Source: Escherichia coli
GTDB lineage: Bacteria > Pseudomonadota > Gammaproteobacteria > Enterobacterales > Enterobacteriaceae
DNA: 64,000 nt
Strand: one strand, 5' to 3'
Assembly (NCBI RefSeq): GCF_003334255.1
Contig: NZ_QOWU01000012.1
Position 1 is the first letter of the stretch. Every line of letters starts with the position of its first letter. The notes beneath the pieces were generated by a model. That model saw nothing but the letters and a program-made list of their open reading frames with translations, ran no database searches and was not told the origin of the DNA. Made by a program: the position numbers and the translations under genes. This document shows positions 1-11,997 of the stretch, piece after piece.

Positions 1-1526
1 CGGTGGTTGATCATGTCGCCATATTTACGGATCGGCGAAGTCCAGGTGGCGTATGCTTCCAGACCGAGGCCAAAGTGAGGACCGGGTTCAGTGCTAATTT
101 CAGCAAATGACTGGAAGCGACGAATGCGGCTGTCGAGGAAACCAGTTGGTTGCGCGTCCAGTTCACGACGCAGTTTGCAGAAACCGTCCAGCGTGAGCAC
201 TTCTTCGGCATCGACATGCAGACCGTGCGTTTTCAGCAACGCTGCCAGCGCGTCGGCATTCGCCGGATCAAAGCCCATATGCACGTTATAGATGCCAAAA
301 CCGAGCTTATCGCGCAGTACGCGGGCCGCACAAATGTTAGCGGCAATCATCGCTTCTTCGACGATACGGTTGGCAATGCGACGAGGCTCGGCGACGATAT
401 CCAGCACTTCACCTTTTTCACCGAGAATAAAGCGGTAATCCGGGCGATCTTTAAACACCAGTGCGTGGTTATGACGCCACTCGCCGCGGCGTTGGCAAAT
501 TTGCGCTAGCAAACGGACTTGTTCGGCAATTGCTTCACTTTCAGGCTGCCAGTCACCGGTATTTTCCAGCCAGTCAGAAACCTGGTCATACACCAGCTTT
601 GCTTTGGATTCGATGGTGGCGGCAAAGAATTCGATATTATCTTCAATGGTGCCATCAGCGGAGAGCGTCATGCGGCATGCCAGTACCGGGCGGACTTCAT
701 TGGCGCGCAGTGAGCAGAGATCGTCAGAAAGCTCGCGAGGCAGCATAGGGATGTTGAAGCCAGGCAGATAGTTGGTGAATGCGCGAATTTTCGCGGCTTT
801 GTCCAGCTTGCTGCCTTCAGCAATCCACGCGGTTGGATCGGCAATCGCCACAATCAGCTGAAGTTTGTCATCCGGCAACGCCTTAGCGAAAAGGGCGTCA
901 TCCATATCTTCTGTGCTGGCACTGTCGATGGTGACAAAATCCAGCGCGGTCAGATCTTCACGAACCAGACCTTCATCGAGCATTTCGGTAGCGACGCCGT
1001 CTGGTGCTTCTTTTTCCAGATTATGGCGTGCAAGGGTAACCCACCACGGTACAAAGTGATCGTCACCAAAAGTGATGTATTGTGTCAGTTCTGCATAGAA
1101 AGAACGATCGCCTTTCAGCGGATGACGGCGCATTTCGGCAACCGCCCAGTCGCCTTCTTTAAACTCGTGGTTCAGGCCACGGGCTGCGCGGCAAGGAATG
1201 GCGTCTTTTAAGAGTGGATGATCAGGAACGATGGCCAGACGGTCATTTTTGCCCTGAACCTTACCCACGAAACGAGTCAGGAACGGTTCAACCAGTTCTT
1301 CTGGCTCTGCGGATTCACGTTCTTTTTCACTGTGGATCACCGCGATAATTCGGTCGCCATGCATGACTTTTTTCATCTGCGGCGGCGGAATGAAATAACT
1401 TTTTTGCGCGTCGACTTCCAGGAAGCCAAAGCCTTTTTCTGTGGCTTTTACCACCCCTTCAGCGCGTGGCGTCTGGGAATGCAGTTGCTGTTTAAGCTGC
1501 GCTAGCAGCGGGTTGTCCTGAAACAT
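1..1526 (-). CDS. rnb: Exoribonuclease II, N-terminal ~508 codons. The 3' end lies beyond the window start, which is why no ORF appears in the track.
   Basis: Reverse complement of 1441-1526 translates to [49 protein letters not shown] (the RNase II N-terminus). ATG is at 1526-1524. The minus-strand frame stays open to position 1. Confidence 0.9.
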
Positions 1527-1593
1527 AATTGTCTATTTTGGTGGCCATTAGAGCGGCTGACAGTTTTACGCGAATCTGTCTGACGCGGCAAGG

Positions 1594-2721
1594 TTAATAT
1601 GTCTCACCCAACGCGATTTTTAAGCGATTTATCCAGCCACACAGCCCGCTCCATACCAGCAGATTAATAATCTGCGTTGATGATTTTTCGTGTTCGAGTA
1701 AAGGGCTGAACTGGGCGGCGCTAAAGCGATCGGGTGCTCGGGTCAGCCATTGTATCGCCTGAACGGTAGCGCGCTCAACAGAATGACGGTCAGCCCATTG
1801 GTTAATTTCATTTTCGCCCTTGCGCATAAGGGTGCTGATTTTTTTATATTCATTTGATGAATCCATACAGGTGGCAAAACAAGCAGGACTGCCATTTATA
1901 CGCGCGCATAACAACGCCGCAAGCTGATTATCCGGCTGTGTATTGCCCCGTGTGCTGTTTAACAACTTTTCGAGAAGGGAAAGTGAAATAGGGTGGAGAG
2001 AGAGTATTTCGGCCAGTTGGCAAAGTTCTGCAGTTGAACTTTTTGTGTGCTCTTCAGGTAGTTTTTCCACCTCATAGCTGCTTCGCCAGCGTAATGATTC
2101 ATCAGCAAACAGTGACGCGTCGGCGTAGTTTTGTATCTCCAGCCCGGGTAACCAGCGTACCGGATGCCCGAGATAAGCCTGAAATGTCGCAATTGTCCGC
2201 GCCTGAAAGCCAATAAAACCAATGATTTGGCTAATGATCACACAGTCCCAGGCAGTAAGACCGACGTCATTCAGATGCTGGCGCGATCGGTTGTCGATAA
2301 TAGAAGGCGAGCTAGCCAGTTGGCGGGCATATTGCGTGATTTGTGCCAACCGATGATTACTTTCCCTGGTGGAATCAGGCCCGGGGAGCGGCGTAAGTCG
2401 CGCCGAATAGTAGTTACATAACCGCTGGACGCCGCAAACCTGAGCAACCGTCAGGGCCGTCGACAAGCGTTCATAAGCGGTGAAGGTCTGTGAACGGGTC
2501 ACGGTAAGCTGGTCAGGGAACAAATCCACTGCAAGAACACGCGCAGGGTCCAGCCATGAAAGGAAGGGGGCCAGCGTTTCTTTTTCAAGGATCACGTCGA
2601 GTAGAAAGGGATCGCTGACCTTTGCGGCTTCCGGGACCAGAGGCAGAACGTCATACTCCGTAGTACTGGATTGCGTTTCATGATACCAGTGGCTTTTGCC
2701 GGTGATGTGGCGTTGTTCCAT
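1594..2721 (-). CDS. yciW: YciW, CMD/AhpD-like putative oxidoreductase
   Basis: 401-aa minus-strand ORF. An internal Met ([19 protein letters not shown]) preceded by AGGAG fits the 375-aa protein. cat is at 2719-2721. Confidence 0.8.
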
Positions 2722-2823
2722 GGGCGCTCCTTGGTCGTAAAGGAAATCGTTATCCTGACGCAAGGCGGGAAGGGGAGAAAGACGGATCGGCGATAACAAA
2801 TATCAGAAAGGTATAACAGAGAT

Positions 2824-2848
2824 AACGGGCGGCAGAACGCCGCCCATC
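2824..2848 (-). terminator. GC hairpin downstream of fabI (gggcggcgttctgccgccc) followed by a weak T tract
   Basis: Inverted repeat read directly from the sequence. It is sited 17 bp after the fabI stop. Confidence 0.4.
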
Positions 2849-2864
2849 TTTACCAACAGAACGA

Positions 2865-3653
2865 TTATTTCAGTTCGAGTTCGTTCATTGCAGCAATGCT
2901 GAAACCGCCGTCAACGTGGACCACTTCACCGGAGATACCGGCAGAGAGATCGGAGCACAGGAATGCCGCAGAGTTACCCACATCTTCAATAGTAACGGTA
3001 CGGCGAATCGGGGTAACGGCTTCGCAATGAGCCAGCATTTTGCGGAAGTCTTTGATACCGGAGGCCGCCAGAGTACGGATCGGACCAGCAGAGATGGCGT
3101 TAACACGCACACCTTCCGGACCCATCGCGTTCGCCATATAGCGCACGTTCGCTTCCAGAGACGCTTTTGCCAGACCCATAACGTTGTAGTTCGGGATAGC
3201 GCGCTCAGCGCCAAGGTAGGAAAGGGTCAGCAGGGCAGAACCCGGATTCAGCATGGAGCGGCAAGCTTTTGCCATTGCAACGAAGCTGTAGGAGCTGATG
3301 TCGTGGGCAATTTTGAAGCCTTCACGGGTAACGGCGTTAACATAGTCACCATCCAGCTGATCGCCAGGTGCAAAACCAATAGAGTGTACGAAACCGTCAA
3401 ATTTCGGCCAAACTTTCCCCAGTTCAGCGAACATGGTGTCGATGCTGGCATCTTCTGCAACATCGCACTGCAGAACGATGTCAGAACCCAATTGAGCGGC
3501 AAATTCTTCTACGCGGCCTTTCAGTTTGTCGTTCTGGTAGGTGAATGCCAGTTCAGCTCCTTCGCGGTGCATCGCCTGAGCGATACCGTAGGCGATGGAT
3601 AGTTTGCTGGCAACACCGGTTACCAGAATGCGCTTACCGGAAAGAAAACCCAT
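2865..3653 (-). CDS. fabI: Enoyl-ACP reductase (NADH) FabI
   Basis: 262 aa, [40 protein letters not shown]...; full-length match to the FabI family. Gene order rnb-yciW-fabI matches E. coli. Confidence 0.96.
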
Positions 3654-3775
3654 AGCTTTAATCCTTATTGTTGATGCTTGTTGTGCCTGAAAATCAGGCG
3701 ATTCGTCGTTTTAGTAAACAGTACGAACAGATAAACGGTTATTATAATCAACCTGGCTGTGAGTAGCTATAGTTG

Positions 3776-3860
3776 CCAGGTCCGACCGGAGCAGGCTGCG
3801 GCAGGGGGGGCGCTTTTCCCCTCACCCTAACCCTCTCCCCAGAGGGGCGAGGGGACCGTA
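3776..3860. repeat. GC-rich imperfect palindromic intergenic repeat, boxC-like (ccctcaccctaaccctctccccagaggggcgagggg)
   Basis: Palindromic G/C tracts cccctc...gagggg. It resembles the boxC family of E. coli intergenic repeats from memory; not verified. Confidence 0.45.
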
Positions 3861-4268
3861 TTGTGCAAATATTGTTACCCCAGCAACAAACAGGCTCATA
3901 CAGCCCCTAACCCTTTCATGGCGATGGCTGGGACGGTTCAGACCTTGCCGAATATTCTCCAGCACCGTCTCCTCATTACAATCAATCTCGTTATTCCAGA
4001 AACGCAGCACGGTCCAGCCCTGCGACTCAAGCCAGCTAGTGCGCCTGGAATCATAGGCAACTGCTAAATCATGCTGCCCACCATCCAGCTCAACGACTAC
4101 ACGCGCCGAGCAGCAAGCAAAATCGAGAATGTAGCTCCCCACTGGATGTTGACGGCGAAATTTGAAATCACTAAAACGTCGGCTGCGAAGATATCGCCAG
4201 AGCTTTCGTTCCTGCAAAGTGAGATTGCGTCTTAAATCACGCGCATTTGATTTAATTTTATCTATCAC
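3822..4268 (-). CDS. ycjD: DUF559 (Vsr-like fold) protein YcjD. GTG start. The C-terminal tail reads into the boxC-like repeat.
   Basis: ORF MIDKIKSNARDLRRNLTLQERKLWRYLRSRRFSDF.... The ORF is 148 aa, against 117 aa annotated in K-12. The last ~30 codons are encoded by repeat sequence. Confidence 0.75.
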   Translation of the reverse strand: MIDKIKSNARDLRRNLTLQERKLWRYLRSRRFSDFKFRRQHPVGSYILDFACCSARVVVELDGGQHDLAVAYDSRRTSWLESQGWTVLRFWNNEIDCNEETVLENIRQGLNRPSHRHERVRGCMSLFVAGVTIFAQYGPLAPLGRGLG

Positions 4269-4308
4269 CTCATTCTGACAAGATTTAATCTTTTGTCAGA
4301 ATGAGGTG
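4265..4308. repeat. Perfect 16-bp inverted repeat (cacctcattctgacaa / ttgtcagaatgaggtg) with a 12-nt loop, between the sapF stop and the ycjD start
   Basis: Seen directly in the sequence. The left arm contains the ycjD GTG start (4268-4266). It lies 28 bp downstream of the sapF stop. Confidence 0.7.
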
Positions 4309-4335
4309 AATAATCTGGAAGGAGGATTCAGAAAA

Positions 4336-5142
4336 TTAGCGATCTTTACGCCACGCATCCGCCGTCAATGCCTCGCCAAAATGACCGGCAATCAGCCGTT
4401 TGGTGAGTTCATGCAGCGGCGATGCCAGCACATCCGCGGTGCTGCCTCGCTCGACAACCTCGCCCTGATGCATCACCAGCACCTGGTCGCTAATGTGCTT
4501 CATCATTCCGATATGCTGGGTAACATAAATATACGAAATGCCCTGTTTTTCCTGTAATTCCAGCATCAGATTAATCAACTGCGAACGCATCGACATATCC
4601 AGTGAAGCGAGGGCTTCATCGGCAATAATGACTTTTGGGCGCAATATCAGCGCGCGCGCCAGACCCAGACGCTGTTTTTGTCCGGGTGCCAACATATGCG
4701 GATAGTAACTGACGTGATCCGGTAGCAGCCCAACCATACGCATCGTTTCAATAATCTGTTTGCGACGCTGTTCCGGTTCCAGGTCGGTGTTCAGGCGCAG
4801 TGGAAAATCCAGAATTTGCGAGATACGTTGACGGGGATTCAACGAGGTCGAAGGATCCTGAAAAATCATGCGAATACGCTGACTGCGGAAGGAATAATCG
4901 CCAAAATGCAGTGGATGATCGTCAATCAATAACTCGCCGCTGGTAGGCTCTATCATTCCCGCCAGCATTTTTGCCAGCGTGGATTTACCCGAACCATTCT
5001 CGCCAATAATCGCCAGTGTCTGGCCTTCACGTAGCGTAAAGCTCAAGGGTTTTACCGCTTCTACGGTCTGACGACGAAACCAGCCGGTCCGGTAGCGGAA
5101 CGTTTTACTTAAATTACGCACTTCAAGCAGCGTTTCGATCAT
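4336..5142 (-). CDS. sapF: Peptide/putrescine ABC transporter ATP-binding protein SapF
   Basis: 268 aa with Walker A GENGSGKST. Position in the sapABCDF operon. Confidence 0.93.
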   Translation of the reverse strand: MIETLLEVRNLSKTFRYRTGWFRRQTVEAVKPLSFTLREGQTLAIIGENGSGKSTLAKMLAGMIEPTSGELLIDDHPLHFGDYSFRSQRIRMIFQDPSTSLNPRQRISQILDFPLRLNTDLEPEQRRKQIIETMRMVGLLPDHVSYYPHMLAPGQKQRLGLARALILRPKVIIADEALASLDMSMRSQLINLMLELQEKQGISYIYVTQHIGMMKHISDQVLVMHQGEVVERGSTADVLASPLHELTKRLIAGHFGEALTADAWRKDR

Positions 5143-5143
5143 C

Positions 5144-6136
5144 TCACTCTTTCTCCATGTTCAGCGGGAAATGACAGGCATAGAGATGATTTTTCGCCCC
5201 CGTCAAACGTGGCGTCACAATGCATTCTCGTTGTGCATACGGGCAACGTGGCCCCAGACGACAACCAATCGGTAACTGTTCCAGCAGTGGGATAGCGCCG
5301 GGCAGCGTATTGAGGCGACTTTTATGCGGCATCGCGCTGCCGAAGTCTGGTATCGCGCGGATCAGCGCCTGGGTATAAGGATGATGTGGCATCGTCACCA
5401 ACTCCTTACTCGGCGCGGTTTCCACTGTTTGACCGCAGTAAAGCACGTTAATTTTATCCGCCCATTGGCTAAGCATTTGTAAGTCATGGCTGATAAGCAA
5501 AATAGTGGTATTGCTGTTTTGGTTGAGACGCGTCAGCAGGCGAAAGATTTGCGCCTGGGTTGTTGGCTCCATTGAGTTGGTCGGTTCGTCAGCAATCAGC
5601 AGACGCGGTTGATTCGCCAGTGCAATGGCTATCATCACTTTCTGACATTCACCTTCGGTCAACTCATAGGGAAAACTGCGCATCGCATCTTTGTGATCTT
5701 TAATCCCCACGCGGTGCAGCAGTTCAATGGCACGGCGTTTGCGCCAGCCAAAACGCTGCCACCAACGGCCTTTATAGGTCCAGGCTGGGATGTTTTGCAT
5801 CAACTGGCGGCCCACACGTTCTGAAGGGTCAAGACACGACTGCGGTTCCTGGAAAATCATCGACACGTTATGGCCAACCAGTTTGCGCCGTTCGCGTGCG
5901 GAGAGACGCAGCAAATCGATATCATCAAAACGCATACGGTCAGCAGTAACACGCCAGTTATCTTTATTCACCCCACAAATCGCTTTCGCAATCAAACTCT
6001 TGCCGGAACCGGATTCACCAACAAGACCGCGGATTTCACCTTCGGTTAAGGTCATACTTACCCGGTCGACGGCTTTAACCCACTCATCACCGGTTTTAAA
6101 TTCAATGGTCAGGTTACGAATATCGAGTAATGGCAT
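5144..6136 (-). CDS. sapD: ABC transporter ATP-binding protein SapD
   Basis: 330 aa with GESGSGKS. Start is 2 bp after the sapF gene end (translational coupling). Confidence 0.93.
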
Positions 6137-7026
6137 TATTCCACCCCCGCAATAATCGCACGACGAACGCCATCGCCAAGGAGGTTAACCAACAACACGC
6201 TAATCATAATTGCCGCACCTGGCAGCATGACAGTCCACGGGGCGACATAAATCAGTTCCAGCGCATCACCGAGCATCGCTCCCCATTCAGGCGAGGGGAG
6301 TTGTGCGCCGAGATCGAGAAAGCCCAGCGCGGCGATATCGAGAATTGCCATCGACAGTGCGCGGGTGATCTCGGTGACCAGCCCGGCGGTGATGTTTGGC
6401 ATCACAGCAAACCAGAGAATATTCAGCGTTGATGCGCCATCCAGACGGGCGGCGATAACGTACTCTTTTTCCAGTTCGTCATGCACCATGCTGTAAATCG
6501 AACGTACCATACGCGGCAGCAATGCCAGCCAGACAGCAAACATAGCGTGGGACAAACTCGGTCCGGCAAACGCTACAACGATAATTGCCAACAGCAGCGA
6601 AGGGATCGCCAGTAAGGTATCCAGAATATGGTTAAGCACCGCTGAGCGGAGGCCGTGTGTCGCCCCGGCGAAGGTGCCCAGTACCAGGCCACAGATCGTC
6701 GCGGCAAGCGTCACCACAAATGCGCCACCCACGGTTGGCGCAGCTCCGCTCAGTAAACGGCTTAAAACATCGCGTCCGAGGTCGTCAGTCCCCAGGAAGA
6801 AAGAAACTTCGCCATAGCGCGACCATGACGGCGGCAATAATTGATAACCGAGAAATTGCTGGTCGATGCCGTAAGGCGCAAACCAGCCGCCAAAAATACA
6901 CAGTACAGCCAGCCCCGCGCAGCCGTACAGGCCGACCATCGCAGAGGCGTCACTATAAAATTTGCGCCAGGCGGTACGCAGCGTGCCCGGCGGGCGCTTT
7001 TCGCTGTATACGCTATCGTAAGGCAT
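6136..7026 (-). CDS. sapC: ABC transporter permease SapC
   Basis: 296 aa, multi-TM permease, 1-bp overlap with sapD. Confidence 0.92.
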
Positions 7027-7978
7027 ACCATTCCTTATGTTTCAGAGGGTTAGCCATGGCACCCAAAATATCAGAAATCACGTTAACAATAATGACCAGT
7101 GAGCCACACACCATCACTCCGGCGGAAATGGCTGCGTAATCCTGCTGGCGGATGGCGTTAATTAACCAGCGCCCTAAACCCGGCCAGCTAAAAACCATTT
7201 CGGTGATCATCGCCAGCGTCAGCATGGTGGAAAACTGTAAGCCCAGGCGAGGAATAACCGGCGGTAACGCGTTATGCAGAACGTGGCGACGCAAAATAGT
7301 AAAGCGCGACAAACCGCGGGTCGCCGCCGCTTTTACATAGTTCTGGTCATACACTTCGATAGTGCTGATACGCATCAGGCGGATCACTTCAGTTGTTGGC
7401 GCAACCGACAGGGTGATCACGGGCAATATCATATGGCGGATTGCGCTCATGATCATTTCATCCCGCCATGGTGAGTCCGAAAGCCAGGCATCAATCAACG
7501 CAAAACCGGTAATCGGTTTCACTTCGTAGAGCAGATCGAAACGCCCTGAAACGGGCAACCAACCTAGCGTGAGTGAACAAAACAGCGTCAACAGAAGCGC
7601 CAGCCAGAACACCGGGATTGAAAAGCCCAGTAAGGCGATGGCGTTGATCAAGTTATCCTGCCACTTATGGCGCGTAATCCCGGCAATCATCCCCACGGGG
7701 ATGCCAACAATCAGCGCAAAACCGAAGGCGAGGATGCACAGTTCCATCGTCGCCGGGAAGACCTCTTTTAACTGTTCGGCAATCGGTTGACCGTTAATGC
7801 TGGAAACACCAAAATCCCAGTGGATCAGGCCGTTAAACCAGAACACCCAGGCATTCCACAGTGACGCGCCTTGTAACGGCGCATGAGGGGTGAAATAGCT
7901 CAAGCTGAAGCCAACGAAGGTCAGCAGGAACAAGGTGACAATCAATAACAAAATGCGGCGTAAGGTGAAGATAATCAT
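7013..7978 (-). CDS. sapB: ABC transporter permease SapB
   Basis: 321 aa TM permease, overlaps sapC. Confidence 0.92.
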
Positions 7979-9618
7979 GGTTTTTTCACCTCATCCTGTT
8001 TCTCGCGATACACCCCAGCAAAGGAGGCGTTACCAAACGGGCTAAGTACCAGACCTTTGATATCGTACCGATAGGCCTGCAAACGCAATGACGACGCCAG
8101 CGGCAAAATGGGCAATTCCTGCGCCAGAATACTCTGCGCTTCGTCATAGGCTTCAATACGCGCCGCCAGCTGCTGCGAAGAGAGCGCCTTACGCAATACG
8201 CTGTCGAATTTCGGATCGCACCAGTGGGCGAGGTTGGTCTGCGAATGAATTGCCGCGCAGCTCAGTAACGGACGGAAGAAACTGTCCGGGTCGTTACTGT
8301 CCGTCGCCCAACCGGATAACGTCAGATCATGGCTCATATCCATCAACCGCGCCTCCTGAAAGCGACCTTCTACCGGCACAATCACCACTTTTACGCCAAC
8401 CTGCGCCATATCCGCCTGAATCAGTTCGGCAGTTTTCAGTGGACTGGGGTTCCACGCCTGCGAACGTGTGGGCACCCACAGTTTCAGCGTTAAATTTTCC
8501 AGCCCCAACGACTTCAACTGTTCGCGCGATTTCGCCGGATTGTATTCAGTAATTTTAGCCTCGTTGTCATAGGCCCACGAGGCGCGCGGTAAAATAGAGG
8601 CCGCCGTTTCAGCCGTACCATAATAGATGGATTGCATCAGGCGCTGGTTATTAATCGCCAGTGCCAGCGCATGGCGGACAGCGGGATTATTTAGCGGCGG
8701 TTTGGCGGTGTTAAATGCCAGATAGGCGACGTTCATCCCAGGACGCAGCGTTAAACGCAAGCGCGGGTCGTCACGCAAAATGGATAGCTGGCTGGCAGCA
8801 GGCCAGGCCAGAACGTCGCATTCCCCGGTCAGGAGTTTCGACAGACGTCCGGTGCCGCCGGAGCCTAAATCCACCACTACCTGCGGCATTAACGGTTTAC
8901 CGCGCCAGAAGTCATCATGACGTTGTAGGCGAATAAATTGCCCGGCGCGGTATTCCGACAACTGATACGGACCGGTGCCGACCGGTTGACGGTCGAGTTG
9001 CTCCTGGCGATCTTCTTTCTCTAACTTCCGGGCATATTCTGCCGACATGACCGAAGCATAATGGGTTGCGAGGTGCCACAAAAAAGAAGCATCCGGCTGG
9101 GCGAGTCGGAACTCAACGGTATGATTATCCAGTTTGCGGACGCTTTTCACGTTATCGGCAAATTGCAGGCTGTCGAAGTAGGGGAAGTTGCTGCCGTTGA
9201 CGTTATGCCACGGGTTGTTGCGGTCAAAAATTCGCTGGAAGGTAAACACCACATCGTCGGCATTCATTTTACGAGTGGGAGTAAACCAGTCGGTTTTTTG
9301 AAACGGAACATCGCGACGCAGGTGGAAGCGATAGGTCGCGCCGTTGTCGAGTACTTCCCAGCTTTCGGCAAGTTCCGGCATCAGGCGATAGGTATAGGGA
9401 TCGACATCCAGCAGTCGATCATAAAACTGGGCGGCAAGGGTATCGACAATTAACCCACTGCTCGCTTTGGATGGGTTAAAGGTGTTGACTTGCCCGCTGA
9501 CGCAATAGACAAAACCGCTGTCGCGGATATCAGCATGCGGGGGAGATTCAGGCGCGGCGATTGCCTGACCACTCACAAGTCCAGCAATCACCAAAAGAGA
9601 CGATAATACCTGGCGCAT
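7975..9618 (-). CDS. sapA: Periplasmic peptide-binding protein SapA (SBP family 5)
   Basis: 547 aa with signal peptide [21 protein letters not shown]. Overlaps sapB by 4 bp. Confidence 0.92.
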   Translation of the reverse strand: MRQVLSSLLVIAGLVSGQAIAAPESPPHADIRDSGFVYCVSGQVNTFNPSKASSGLIVDTLAAQFYDRLLDVDPYTYRLMPELAESWEVLDNGATYRFHLRRDVPFQKTDWFTPTRKMNADDVVFTFQRIFDRNNPWHNVNGSNFPYFDSLQFADNVKSVRKLDNHTVEFRLAQPDASFLWHLATHYASVMSAEYARKLEKEDRQEQLDRQPVGTGPYQLSEYRAGQFIRLQRHDDFWRGKPLMPQVVVDLGSGGTGRLSKLLTGECDVLAWPAASQLSILRDDPRLRLTLRPGMNVAYLAFNTAKPPLNNPAVRHALALAINNQRLMQSIYYGTAETAASILPRASWAYDNEAKITEYNPAKSREQLKSLGLENLTLKLWVPTRSQAWNPSPLKTAELIQADMAQVGVKVVIVPVEGRFQEARLMDMSHDLTLSGWATDSNDPDSFFRPLLSCAAIHSQTNLAHWCDPKFDSVLRKALSSQQLAARIEAYDEAQSILAQELPILPLASSLRLQAYRYDIKGLVLSPFGNASFAGVYREKQDEVKKP

Positions 9619-9865
9619 AATATTAAGGGATTTTATGTAAAGAGGCTATCTTACTAATATTTAATGACATTTGCCATTACCGTTTGTGTTCAGGGGTCGT
9701 AATGAGGGCCGTGTGGTTGGTCGTTGAACAGGTGACGTCGCCATCTGTTCAACATTCGTACCCGTGATTTCTCTATAACTATAACTCACAGAACAACTTA
9801 GCGAGGAGCAGAGCGGTACGATCGTGAGAAACCCATTAAAGCACGCTGCAGTGCGTGTCATTGTT

Positions 9866-9898
9866 AGCCAGATGCGGCGTGAACGCTTTATCCGGACA
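9866..9898. repeat. Partial REP element (gatgcggcgtgaacgctttatccgg)
   Basis: Matches the canonical REP core GATGCGGCGTGAACGCCTTATCCGG. Confidence 0.5.
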
Positions 9899-9930
9899 AC
9901 GATACTGACCGATCGTCTGCAATTAAATCA

Positions 9931-10176
9931 TTACTCATTACCCCATTGATTCAAAAACTCTGCGATCTCATCAATGCGTACGGGATTAATCCCCGCTTCA
10001 GCAGCCATTTCATGTTGGGCTTCTTCGCTGATCTCTTCATTGTTCATCAAACGGGTGAGCAGTAACTGGAAGTAGTGGGCCAGCGGTGTGCGTTCAGCCT
10101 CTGCGACAGGCTCTGCGCATTCGGTCGCGTACTCATCGGCAATATCAAAATATTTTAGCGGGATATCGTGGTTCAT
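9931..10176 (-). CDS. ymjA: DUF2543 small protein YmjA
   Basis: 81 aa [23 protein letters not shown]..., in the conserved position between sapA and puuP. Confidence 0.85.
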
Positions 10177-10309
10177 TATTTGCCCCTGGGGTTAATGCGC
10201 TAAGCATAAGGGCGGATGATAGCACTCGTGATCCGGGTCATACATCTTTTTATAGTTAATGGCGCGGCGCGTTACCCTCAGGCAGGATAATGCGCCGCGC
10301 ATCCGACTA

Positions 10310-11695
10310 TTACGTTTCACTCACCGGCGTTCTGTCACCATCATACAACGGCACTTTGCGATAGCGGCGGATCAGATACCATAAATATGCGCCGCCTAAC
10401 GAAGCCCATACCAGACCGAGTGTCAGTGACGTTGACTCGAGGTTAACCCACAGCACACCCACCGTCAGCGCGCCAACCAGCGGCATCAGCAAATAGTGGA
10501 AGTGATCCTTCCAGCTTTTATTCATTCCTTTACGCCGCCAGAAATGATTAAACACCGACAGATTCACGAAGGTAAACGCCACCAGAGCACCGAAGTTAAT
10601 TAACGCTGTGGCGGTAACTAAATCGAAGAACAGCGCCGACAACGCGACAATCCCGACCATAATGACGTTGAGTGCCGGAGTCCGCCATTTTGGGTGCACA
10701 TAGCCAAACACCCGCTCCGGAAACACATTGTCACGCCCCATCACATACAGCAGACGCGACACGCTGGCATGTGAAGCCAGGCCAGAGGCTAACGTGTTCA
10801 CAAACGTGGTGCAGAGGAAAATCGACTGGAAGAGCTTGCCGCCGACGTACAGCGCAATTTCAGGCAGTGCGGCATCCGGATCTTTAAAGCGGCTGATATC
10901 GGGAAAGAACAGCTGCATAAAGAACGACGCCGCGATAAAGATAACGCCACCGTAGACCGCCGTCAGGAAGATGGCTTTCGGGATCACGCGTGCGGCGTCC
11001 GGCGTCTCTTCCGAAAGCGTGGTCACCGCATCGAAACCGAGGAAGGAGAAACAGACAATCGTCGCCCCGGTAATAATCGGGATCAGGTGCGCGTTCTCGC
11101 TGATAAACGGCTGAAGTGACCAGACGGTGCCAACGCCTTCTCCTTTATGCAGTCCCTGAACTACCAGGAAGATAAACACCACCATGATGGAGATTTGCAC
11201 CAGTACAAACAGGGTATTGAAGTTAGCGACCAGGTTGACGCTCTTCAGATTCGCGGCGGTTAAAATGGCGACGAAGGTTACCACCCACACCCACGGCGGC
11301 ACTTCCGGGAAGAGGGCGGAGAGATAGATTTTCGCCAACAAGACGTTAATCATCGGCAAAAAGAGATAATCCAGCAGCGATGACCAGCCGACCATAAATC
11401 CGACGTGCGGGTTAATCGACTTTTGCGCGTAGGTATAGGCCGAACCGGCCTCCGGAAACTGGCGAACCAGTTTGCCGTAGCTGATAGCGGTAAACAGCAC
11501 ACCCGCCAGCGCCAGCAAATAGGACGCCGGAACGTGACCGTCGCTAATGCCGGAGACAATACCAAAAGTATCAAATACGGTCATCGGCGTGAGATAGGCC
11601 AGACCCATCATCACCACCTGCCACAATTTCAGTGATTTTCGCAGACGGGTTTTGCCGGGTTGCGCAGCAATATTCAGTGGTGAATTAATAGCCAT
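10310..11695 (-). CDS. puuP: Putrescine:H+ symporter PuuP (APC family)
   Basis: The ORF extends to 11749, but [20 protein letters not shown]... (461 aa) preceded by GGGAGG is the likely start. cat is at 11693-11695. Confidence 0.88.
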
Positions 11696-11997
11696 AATTG
11701 CTGCCTCCCCTGCGTAATAAGGTTTGCGGTCGTGTCGACCTGAAATCAAACCTGTTTAGCAAGGGAAGCAAAGGGGGCGGAGTCCAGTCAGTAGCAGGAG
11801 GGGCGCATACGCAGCCTCCCTCGCCATGCGGGGATTTAATCATCGGCATCATCTCATTTCCTCGTCACAGTCTTAATCGTTAACGGAAGCCCGTTGCCGC
11901 CCGCGCTCCATAACGCGACATCCGGGAAATGTCTGGATTACCAGCAAATGTCAGGCCTGGCTCCGCTCAGGCCGATGAAACAACCCCGCAAGGGGTA

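Noticed and set aside
91-1505. Numerous 60-120-aa plus-strand ORFs (e.g. 150..509, 461..748, 1218..1505) across the first 1.5 kb
   Set aside because: They lie antisense to the open rnb reading frame (its N-terminus was verified at 1526). The rnb ORF is missing from the track only because it runs off the window edge.
2916-3602. 228-aa plus-strand ORF
   Set aside because: Antisense to fabI; Arg/His-rich low-complexity translation typical of the opposite strand of a GC-rich gene.
9661-9861. 66-aa minus-strand ORF in the sapA-ymjA spacer
   Set aside because: No ribosome-binding site; overlaps the REP fragment and the sapA promoter region.
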